Source of the DNA: Antedon mediterranea
Taxonomy: Eukaryota; Animalia; Echinodermata
Assembly: GCF_964355755.1 (NCBI RefSeq)
Contig: NC_092673.1
Span: 27,029,648 to 27,093,647, forward strand
Reading direction: 5' to 3'
Length of the DNA stretch: 64,000 nt
Shown piece by piece: positions 13,101 to 25,100 of the stretch. The stretch's first letter is position 1. Each line of letters opens with the position of its first letter. Under the pieces are notes generated by a model. It did not search any database, was not told the origin of the DNA, and saw nothing but the letters and a program-made list of their open reading frames with translations. The position numbers and the translations under genes are program-made.

Positions 13101-16100
13101 CACCTGTCAACATTGTTCACGAAATTGCGCACTTGTAAGTAAATATCTCTAGTAAATTCTCTATTCGTTGTTGATTCAATCATTTAATTTATTGGGATTT
13201 TATTCTTCTGAAAAATCAATTAATTAAATGCCTTCAAACAAGTTTTAAAAGTAAATTTTTTCAGGCCAACGTTATTTTTTCCCTTACTACATGCCCACAA
13301 CATATTAATAAATTATATATTTAAGGTGTTACATTTTTTTTGTTTTACAAACAGATTCGGTGTTAGGCATGATGGTGAACTTAGTACTTGCAAAAGTCCG
13401 AGCTATATAATGGCAGACCGACGACTGCCTGGATCAAAACCGGACAGATGGTCTAAGTGCAGTAAGCAAGACCTTGAAGCATTTTTACTAAGTGACGATT
13501 CTTTCTGGTTGGACAATGAACCTGCAACAATGTACCATTTTAATGATGTTCTCCAAGGAAGCGTACATGATGATATGGAACAATGCAAGAATGTCTTTCC
13601 AGAAACCACCAAAGTTGCAGGAATTGTAAAAAACAGTCAGGTAAACTTCAATATTTTTAAAGTATTTTTGATCTATTAGGATTTAGATTTAGTGGAAAAT
13701 TCATTGAGTACATAACAAACCTAGGTTTGTTCTTGAAAAAGAACTGGTGATGACATTTTAGTAGGCCTACTGAATTAGTGCAAGGAGGTGTTGCTTATAT
13801 TAGTAACTTACTAAATTGTTTTGTTGCATTAAGTTTATCAAAGACCTCAAATTATAACCATTTCAAACATAGGAGGCATCAATTTGAATAGAATTGATAC
13901 ACCAGGATTAAGTCTGTTTTGCAGTTTTTTACAGGGCAGTTCTTTTCATTATCATTTCTAGAACATCTGTCCGGAAATTAAGTGTGAGGACGACAGTGGA
14001 AATATTTACTCCATGATGAAACCTGCTCTTGCTGGTACAGGGTGTGGATCTCAATGTATCTGTATTATTGAGAAAGGTCATTACCTTCACAACACAAGAC
14101 AGTGTACAGGCCCCAATTGCGACATTCCAGAGTAAGTTGATGTAGCCTAATTGTTTAAATTTTTGACATTTACTTTCCTCTGTCATAATACCTACCTGCC
14201 TAAAAGGTAGTGGAGCTTGGTGATTAATATGCTCGAATCCCAAGGTCCAGGCTTCAATTCTGAACTAAGTCCAGAGTTAAATTCTGACCTAAGTCCAGGG
14301 TTCAATCCTGACCTTTACTTCCTGTGCCTCAAACAAAGGAGACTTAGTTTATAAGCATGATAAATTATAGTTTATCCATCCTGTAATTGATGAGTTACTT
14401 GCTTTTGGATGCGTATGAAATAACAAATAATTATTTTTAAAAAGCGGTGCTACTGTACAGAACATTTCTTATTAATTTTGTGAAAGGTTACCCATTATTT
14501 ATTTTTTAACCATTAGTATTCTTCAATGTTTACTATAGTTCTGATTATTTTCTAGTCCTTGCCTTGATTTGTATTTATGTTTACAATGTTTATAACTTAT
14601 TTTTGGGTAAATAAAAAAAATAAAGATAGATAATCACCAAAATTGATTCTTTAAATTTGAGGCAATAATTTTTACACATGAAAATACTATTTTTATTTCA
14701 AATAATTACCCAGTGAACGATTGTAAGTTATTTCACGCTGCTTGTTCTGCTTCACGGCACAATGAGTGGTGTTTTTGATAGTGTATTGTCAGTGATGTTG
14801 CAAATGATATATATATTTAACAGTAAATTTAAATTTTAAACCCCTTAGCTGGTTTAAATTAGATGTAAATGTGTATTTTTTTTATAGTACTTTTGTTATT
14901 GATGATTTTGTTTTTAATTGGAAGATATATTTGAGAACTAAAATAATTATTTTGAAAGATACTATAATGTCTGTCACTGTTTTCTTTCTGTTTGTTGTTC
15001 AGGTGGACCTCATCAGATTGGGGTGCTTGTGTGGACTGCACTCGGGAACGCTCAGTCTTATGTGTACTTATTGACGCTGATACTGGAACTATTACCCTTG
15101 TATCTGACACAAGTTTATGTCCAGTTGAAGAACCTGCTTCGTCTGAAACCTGTAACTGCGATGCGACAGAATGTTCTGCAACATGCGGAGTCGACAATTT
15201 AACGTAAGTTATTTTAAACTAATATAATCATTGAAATTGAGATACTGTGTGCAGTACAGTTAATTAACCATATCATAAATAATCAGTTTAAATAAATATT
15301 CAGTGTGTCTGCCACCTTCTATCTGAAGTTCTAATGTAGTAGTATGTGCCGCATAATTTTCCCTATCAGGTTAAAGGCCCATTCACACTAGGACGATAAC
15401 GATGGACGATAAATATATAAACATGCATTGGCACTGTCAGTTCACAAAAGATCAGTATTGTTTGTATCTGAAAATGACATTAAAAAAGGGACACGATAGT
15501 AAATAACAATCAACCATGCACTATTCATCATTTCTGGCTTAAGGCCCATTTACATTAGGACGATAACGATGGACGATAAATATATAAACATGCATTTTTT
15601 TTACATAAAACAAAATAAATTAGAAAGGTTTTCGTTCTAGAACTATAGGATAATCATTTATGCTGTCTTTGATAAAAATAATATTTTTAAAATTCCAATC
15701 AAATGACGTCATGATAAATAAAAACAATCAAATCGTTGTATTGTCACGATATTATTGCTCTTACTAATCATGACGTCATTTGATTGGACGTGTGAAAATA
15801 TCATTTTTATCAAAGGAAGCATATATGGTAATTCTATTGTTCTAGAATGAAAAGTGTTTATATTTCTTTTGTTTTATGTATGAAAAATGCACATTTGTCT
15901 ATTTATCGTCGATCGTTATCGTCCTAGTGTAAATGGGCCTTAAGCCAGAAATGATGAATAGTGCATGGTTGATTGTTATTTACTATTGTGTCTCTTTTTT
16001 AATGTCATTTTCAGATACAAACAATACTGATCTTTTGTGAACTGACAGTGCCAATGCATCTTTTGTGAACTGACAGTGCCAATGCATCTTTTGTGAACTG

Positions 16101-19100
16101 ACAGTGCCAATAGTGATCTTTTGTGAACTGACAGTGCCAATAGTGATCTTTTGTGAACTGACAGTGCCAATAGTGATCTTTTGTGAACTGACAGTGCCAA
16201 TAGTGATCTTTTGTAAACTGACAGTGCCAATAGTCTTTTCAGTGCCAATAGTCTTTTCAGTGCCAATAGTCTTTTCAGTGCCAATAGTCGAAAAATAGAA
16301 CCAAAATTAATTTCTCTTTACTTATACATAGAATTTTTTTTATAAGAATTAAAACAAAAACGTTTAAAAAAATGTTTTTTTTTCAGTTATATGTATGTAA
16401 CAGGTAGCTTTAGCGCATGCGGTGCAGCTTGCGGTGCGTCCGTGCAAACTAGATCCGTTTTATGCCAGAATAGCAATGGAGTGACAGTTGACAACTCATT
16501 CTGTAGCGGCCAAACAGTGCCATCGTCATCTCTGGAATGTACCAACTATGTTAATTGTCAGTATCAGACTGGAAGCTATGGAGGTGTAAGTAGTTTTATC
16601 TCATTCGATTTATTCAATTTCAATAAACAAAGAAAACATAACAATAACAAAATTCATATTGACTGTTTGACATAGATGTGCATATCGATTCAAAGTGATA
16701 TATGCCTTTAATTTTTGTTGATCTTATAACAAGTCTGGTAGCCTAGTGCTTAGAATACTTACTGTCATACAGAAAGATCCATGTTCGATTCCTGTACTAG
16801 TCCACAAGCTTTAAATGAGTGCTTAGGAAGAATGAGGCGGTGTTGCCATCCTACCACATAATGCCAAGGCTTAGTACAGCTCATTCTCCTACATTCAAAA
16901 TAGAGAGCTTTTGATTTGCGACAACCAACCTATATATATATGATATAAAAATTTAATCTGTAACTCTGACAGAGTGTTCTAGATGGCATATGATAAATAA
17001 ATGCCGATTCAAAATAAGCGGGCCTTCGAGTTGTTAATGAAGGCTTGTCTGACCATTCCAACATTATCTAGAACTTGTTTGAATAACGTGTTCGTATTTC
17101 TACCACGCTTCGAGCATTTGTCATCTTGGAAGAATAGCTTTTTCGTCATCTGATCATTATCAGATCTAATCAGATGTGCAGCATAATTTCGTTGCTGGGT
17201 TTTGATGAATGTAGATAAATCACATGTCTTACATATATTGTGAATGTCGATGTTGGTGTAATACAGTTTATAACATTCATCGTCAAGTGTTTTTTCGCCG
17301 ATAACCATTACGGATCATTCCTAGGTCAGGACAATTGATGTGTCGTCGGGATTACCCGTCGTCGGTCATCACTGGACCTAGAAACCATTAAACCTGTGTG
17401 AAGGTGGAGAGCGAGGACACAATACCTCTGCATTTGCACAATGAATTAACATGACATAGTTTGCTGGTCGGTTCGTCTCAAATCAAAAGCTCCGTAATAT
17501 GAACACATGACTAACCTTTACCGTATAACAATATGTTCTGATTTTTTATAGTGTTCATTTACATGTGGGGCTGGATTTCAAACAAGGACAGTGACATGTG
17601 TAAATGCAGTAACCGGTGCCCTTGCTGACGACAATTCGTGCATATTGGCTGGCCTTACCGCGCCGTCTGCCACACGAGCTTGTAATAATGGCAACTGTCC
17701 TACTACTACTACTTATATTTACGTTACTACTCCTTTCTCAGATGTAAGTAAATAATTCTATGAATTTTGTTAAGGATTAATTAAATTACTCACAATCTGT
17801 TTATTTATACACCTCTTTCTGTGTGCGTGTGTGTAGATGATGAGTCTTTGTAGTGGGAATAGAAATAGAATTGAAGAACATTATATTAGAACAGCAATTT
17901 AACAACAGTTTAATGAATACGCATAAATTGTTTAATCTCATTAATGTCTCATAACGATAGTCTAAAAATACATGTTCTTTCACTGTACCCATTGTCGGAG
18001 CTTAAAATCTGTAAAGATGTACCCATTTGTAAAATTAAACGTTGAAAACACTCAACAATTCCTTTTATAAAATAATGAATAATGATTCGATCAACGGTTT
18101 ACATTAGTTTACATAATAGTGTTTTTTTGTACCAATTTTGATGTATTTAAAAAATTTGTTTTTAAAATAGTATTTTAAAAAATTGATTTGCATAATTGCC
18201 TACTTTGTAATCAGAATATATCTGTCCGTCTTCTGTTCAGTTTTGGTTGTTATATATAATTTTTTCTGTAAATGATCTTTTTTAGTGTTCAGTAACTTGC
18301 GGGACGGGTGAGCAAACACGTACCGTGTCTTGTTCAATTCAAGAAACCAGTGCAATTGTTGATAACAGTTTCTGTTTAGCTGCTGGGCTTAACGAGCCAG
18401 GTACATCCCAAGTTTGTACGCTAAGTGCTTGCCCAGTTCAAACTGTTGCCTTTACTACGGGAAGTTTTGATGATGTAAGTTATTTTTTAAATAAATCAAA
18501 ATACAAATTAGAAAATGAACATTTGGTGCATTATTTTTATATAAATCAATCAGTAGCTGAATCTCAATGGAGGTACATATAAAATAAGCACTGAAAATTG
18601 ACAATGCTGTGGGTATCAGTGGCTGGATCTCAATGGAGATACAAAATAAAATAAGCACCGACAAAATGACAATGCTATGGGTATCAGTAGCTGAATCTCA
18701 ATGGAGGTACATATAAAATAAGCACTGAAAATTGACAATGCTGTGGGTATCAGTAGCTGAATCTCAATGGAGGTACATATAAAATAAGCACTGAAAATTG
18801 ACAATGCTGTGGGTATCAGTGGCTGGATCTCAATTGAGATACAAATAAAATAAGCAAAATTCTAAATACAAATGATACAGTATTAAAACAGCCAGATAGA
18901 AATCGCAGAGCTTTTGAATAACGCTAACCCTTTTAAATAAACTATATAAAAATATGAATTTTACTATTTTATTTAACAAAAAGTTTACTGAAAAAACTGA
19001 TAACAGAATTTAGAAACTGAGAATTTAAAAACAGCATTTAAAGTTTACAATTACAGATCTGAATATACAATAATGTGCCATTAAAGAAAATATTATGATA

Positions 19101-22100
19101 TTAAAATCTCAACAAAATAGAATTACATGTTTTTACAATTTGTTTTTTGTTTCAGTGTTCGCTTACTTGTGGAGGAGGTGAACAAACAAGAACAGTTGCT
19201 TGTTATGTAGTTTCCTCAAATGCAATTGTTGACAATAGTGTGTGTATTGACGCCGGTCTTGAAATGCCAAGCACGCAGATGTCATGTAACACACAGCAAT
19301 GTCCTACATATAGTTACGTTGTGCAAGACTGGGAGGTAAGTGTGTTCTTTATATACTTTTAAAAGTTTTCTGTTCATTCTTTCATTTCCTTTAATTTTGG
19401 GTAGTACATCCATATACAAAACACACAAAACAATGAAAAACAAATTCAACCAAGAAATGAGCAATAATACCTTCAACAAAAGAAACCTAAAATATTAGGT
19501 TGCACCAACAGTGATGCATGCTGGATTATGTGTAATAAAAACACCTCAAGGATATTTTAATCAGAGTGAGACAAATTATATTAAATTAAAACAGAATAGA
19601 TTGATCATAATTACAACACACCTGATTTTATCCCTGCAATATGATTGGTCAATTACGCATCATTTGGAATTAGCCCTATCTAACGATACATTTTGTTCAA
19701 TTTAGGACTGTTCAGTGACATGTGGTACTGGAGTGGAGATGAGAAACTTATTTTGTGTTCAAGGCACTATGATAGTGGATAATTCATTCTGTGTATCAGC
19801 AGGACTTACTGCGCCAGATACGCAGAGAGATTGTAACACGCAAGTTGCTTGCCCGACCCGATACGCTTATGTCGTAGGAAGCTTTGGAGGGGTTAGTACT
19901 TCATTAATGCTTTTAAAAAGTAAAATGCTACTGACCGTTTTGTAGACAGACTTAAAAATCTTTCTATCCACGCTTCAGATTGCCCATACAGCGTTTATTT
20001 TATGGCATGCCATGCGGCTATGCGTATATCGAGAAAAAAGATAGCCATGTGGAGTGTCGAGAAACAAAACATTGAGATATGGTTTTATTTTCCGGAGCCA
20101 CACCAAAGCAGATGTGACGCTTTAGAGGGTTGTTTTGAGTGATTATTGCACATTGAATTGCACCATGAGTGCCATGGCTATGAGACATGACATTATTGAA
20201 TGTGCCTATTTACAACAAAGCACAATAGCCCTAAAACTCTCTCTCTCTACACTATCAAACTAGTTTGAAAACAAATTGTGATGTGCCCATATATGGACAT
20301 AATGATGTTATATCACTACCATATTTAGGCACACTTTTTTTTTGTCAAACTAGTTTAGATAGTGTAGACAGAGCTTAAAACAAGGTTGTTTTTTATTTTA
20401 GTGTTCAGTTACTTGTGGGGCAGGTATGGCAACTAGAACTGTAGAATGCCAAGATACCCAGAATAACAATGTGGTAGTGTCTAATAGCTTTTGTGGAGGT
20501 ACACCACCAACAACTATGACAGACTGTAATTTAGGCATGTGTACTGGAATGTGAGTATGTCCATAGCTTAGAGCTCTGTCCACATTATCAAACTGGTTTG
20601 ACAAAAAAGGTGTAATGTGCCCAAATATGGTAGTGATATGACATCATCATGTTTTGTCACGTAGGGGTTTATTTTGTAGGCAGAGCTCTAGGGGCTTTAC
20701 TACTGTATTCTAACATCAATAAATAATTTAGCAATGATATTTATCATATTAAATATAGCAACCTGTTTATATGGAAAATATGGTTTAATAGCTAACAATA
20801 CACCTAGAATACATTGAATTATGCAGTAATAGTGTCTGCTTTAAGACATATTGTAACATTGAACTATACATTTGAAATGAAATAAAGACTTTTGATGATT
20901 AAAATGTCCTTTATAAAATCTAACATTAAAATGAACTGAGTAAAATTTACTGGAAGGAGTTTTCTGTGATAATAAGATTATTTTTAACAATAATTTATAG
21001 GTTCAAAGTTAATAATTTATTGTGTTTTTATTACTCAGGTATCAGTATATTACCAACGTATATTCTGTATGCTCTTGCGAAGGAATTCAAACAAGAGATG
21101 TGTTCTGTGTTTTTGTAAGTGGCAGTACTTTAGTTAGTGCCACAGACCAAGATTGTCTCAACGCTGGCCTCACTAAACCTCCAGAGGCTGCAACATGTAC
21201 TCCTCCAAGTTCTTGCCAGGCTCCAGTATGGACAGTTGGTACATGGATGGATGTAAGTCTAAATTAACAAGTTTATAATTCATCAGAGCAATGCAATCAA
21301 TGCTCAAAAGTGAGCATCCATGACGAGGGACCATATCAATGAAATACAGCCTATAATAAGACACAAGAAACATACAGGAAGTTCTTTTTTATCTAGGTGT
21401 GTGTTCCCCTACCTTATAAACTAGGGATGTGTTTCCCTACCTTATAAACTAGGGATGTGTTTCCCTACCTAATCATCTAGGTGTGTGTTCCCCTACCTTA
21501 TAAACTAGGGATGTGTTTCCCTACCTAATCATCTAGGAGTGTGTTCCCCTACCTTATAAACTAGGGATGTGTTTCCCTACCTAATCATCTAGGAGTGTGT
21601 TCCCCTACCTTATAAACTAGGGATGTGTTTCCCTACCTAATCATCTAGGCGTGTGTTCTCCTACCTTATAAACTAGGGATGTGTTTCCCTACCTAATCAT
21701 CTAGGCGTGTGTTCTCCTACCTTATAAACTAGGGATGTGTTTCCCTACCTAATCATCTAGGTGTGTGTTCCCCTACCTTATAAACTAGGGATGTGTTTCC
21801 CTACCTAATCATCTAGGAGTGTGTTCCCCTACCTTATAAACTAGGGATGTGTTTCCCTACCTAATCATCTAGGAGTGTGTTCCCCTACCTTATAAACTAG
21901 GGATGTGTTTCCCTACCTAATCATCTAGGCGTGTGTTCTCCTACCTTATAAACTAGGGATGTGTTTCCCTACCTAATCATCTAGGAGTGTGTTCTCCTAC
22001 CTTTTCATCTAGGTATGTCTCCCCCTACCTTTTCATCTAGGTATGTCTTCCCTTTCCTTTTCATCTAGGTGTGTCTTCTCCTACTTTTTCATCTAGGTGT

Positions 22101-25100
22101 GTCTTCCCCTACTTTTTCATCTAGGTGTGTCTTTCCCCCTACTTTTTCATCTAGGTGTGTCTTTCCCCCTACCTATTTATCTAGGTGCGTCTTCCCTTAG
22201 ATACAGTTCTTTCAGGTGTCCTGGGTAGGTGGCGATGTTCAAATTAATGCTAGGCCATCAAAGGCTAGATGATAGAAACCTTAAAATAAACTTGAGATTG
22301 TGTGGAAGTTTCCTTGCCAACCTTGCACCCTGCACAATTGTAAATTAAAATCTTCTGTTCTTAAATTCTCATCTTAAATGATGTATATGTGTTTTTTTTT
22401 CAGTGTTCAGTGACGTGTGGCATTGGCACTGAAACTAGACAGGTATTTTGTATTGAGTTTCCTGGAGGGAATACTATTGTAGATGATTCCAATTGCGATC
22501 CTAACACCATGCCTGACACTTCTCAAGATTGTAACACAAACAGTGTTTGCCCAGTGATGTAAGTAAAATTTCTTCCCTCGGTAACAATATTTTCTCAGTG
22601 GTGTTGTGTAAATGCTTTTAAGCTTATGGGTACCTGGTAAGGCCAAGGAACAGCTTTGCGATGAATACTAGCTGTATTATGGAAGTATGTTTCCATAAAA
22701 AATGACTGGGTCAATAATAAGTACAGCTCTTAGAAATTTCACAACATTATATCCATGATATTATTATATATTTTTAAAATGTCAAAGTGGTATAGAAGAA
22801 AAATTAACATATTTTCTATATGTAAATACTTCTGTTTCAGGTACAGTTACCTGACTTCGACTTGGTCCGAATGTTCTACAACGTGTGGTGAGGGAACGCA
22901 GACTCGTACTGTAGGATGTTATCTCATAACTTCTTCTCTGCAACTTGTAGATGATGTATTTTGCCAAGACTTTGTCAGACCAGCAGGTGAAAGAGCATGT
23001 CCAGACCTTCCCCCTTGTGCTGGTGTCTGGATTGCCACAGTCTGGACAGAGGTAAGCTTGTTACATCACATGAGCCTTGCTAAACTTATTATGATGATAT
23101 AATAATGTCCATTTGTTTAGCACCATTCCAACGATCATTGCAGTGCTGTGGACTTTTTCAACTACATGCTTCTCAGCTAAGAGTCAAGTCATGTCAGTGC
23201 TGCCAATGCTTTTCCTTTTTATCTGTCCACGGCAGTGCCTGTGTGGACTAGTACACCAGGGTAAACCCCTACTCATCAACAACATTTGCTGGGTGCACAT
23301 GATTTTGCGTAGACTGCGCCTATGGTTTATAGTTCTTATCCAAGAAGACTCGTTCTACCATTTGAACATTGGAGCGAGTAAGCCTTTGCCGATATTATGT
23401 CTATGGATTACGGTTCCATTACTCAACACGGCACGATACGCATATTGTATATGTAGTGATATTTTTCCGTAATTGTACATATCGCATCTGTAAATCCTGC
23501 TCATATTCACCATCTAAAGTTCTTCCAATCAAAAAAGATATTTAAATAAAATTATAGATCCGTATTTTTAGTTCCCCTTGTATTAGCATATACATGATGA
23601 TGTGAAGCCATTTTAAGAGTTTTTTATTTCCAACTATTTTAGTGTTCGGTTACTTGTGACGTTGGATTCCAAGAACGTACAATTGCTTGTTACTTCTCGA
23701 AAGATTCACAAGTAATACTGGATGTAGCTGAGTGCACTGATCCTGAACCACCTCTAACACGTACATGTTACCTTCAAAGCTGCCCTCTATTGCCTGGTTG
23801 CGATGAAACCATTGAGGTATTTGCTGGTGAGGTGTACACGCTGTCTAGCCCGAACTATCCCAATAATTATCCTCACGATTACATTTGTGAAACTGTTTAC
23901 ACTACCACCGAAGGACGTATTCAAGTTACGTTTACCGAGTTTAATGTTGAGGAATGTCCAGGTTGCAGTTGTGATGTGCTCACAGTAAGTAATATAATGC
24001 ACATTCTTAATTACTCTATACTTTAAAAAGATTAAATTTTTGCAGGGGTCATCTGTGGTCATCCAAAAATATAAATAAAAAAAAAAAACTTTTTTTAATT
24101 ACTTATTTTTAACAGATTACCACACTAAAAATTAAATAGTTATTTAAACTAAATTTAAATTGTTCGAATTAATAAGAATTTTAACACTTTGGTACCTCAA
24201 GTCTATCACACACTTCTATTTCAAAATATTCTATTAGAAAAAGAGAGAGTCCCTTCAGTCCTATATTCATTGGACACCCCTATTAAGTAGACACTTTCCA
24301 CGAACGAGGGAAAATATATGTTATAACACTATGGTTAACCTCTATTAAGGAAACACTTTTTTTTGGTCTCAAAGATGATCCCTCTTAATAGGGGTCTACT
24401 GTAGAAGTGTCTGCAGATAAGAATGCGGCTGGTGTGAATTCGGAATGAATATATATTACCTTTTTTAAATATATATTCTTTTCTTTTCTATTAGATCACT
24501 GACGACAATATTAACCAACAATTCTGTGGACTGCCTCAAGTACCTTTTACAGTAACATCTACCAGTGGAGAGGTCACTGCTACTTTCACGAGTGATGCTA
24601 GTGTTAATCGAAGAGGTTACACAGCTACAGTGCAAGTTATCCCATCAGATGGCATCCAGTGGATAGCTGGAATGTTTGGAGTGGTAATTTCTTTGTCTTT
24701 GTTCCTTATTTTTCTCTTCTAGTAATACATTGTCTATAATCTTTTCCCGAACAGAATTGTAGTGGAGCTGTAACTTGGTTATTGTGCTTGCTTTCCAATT
24801 CCACATTCCGAGGTTCATTCCTGATCCAGTGCCAGGCTTGTAACTCTTTCAACTTCACTCCCTAAGCCTCAAATGAAACTTATTTGAAAATAGTAGAGTA
24901 GTAGTAGTAGTAGTGATTTAGTTTTGACTTTGTGTTGTGTCTTTGTTTTAGTGTTCTGTTACCTGTGGAGAGGGCACACGTTCACGATCAGTTACTTGCT
25001 ACAACGATGGGGTTGAGGTAGATGATCTTGTGTGCAGTGGTCTTGAAAGACCTCCAGCAATGGAATCATGTCTTGCTGGTGATTGTCCACCACCAGATGG

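Noticed and set aside
15976-16298. ORFs with LALSVHKRS / PIVIFCELTV repeats
   Set aside because: These are translations of an intronic tandem repeat.
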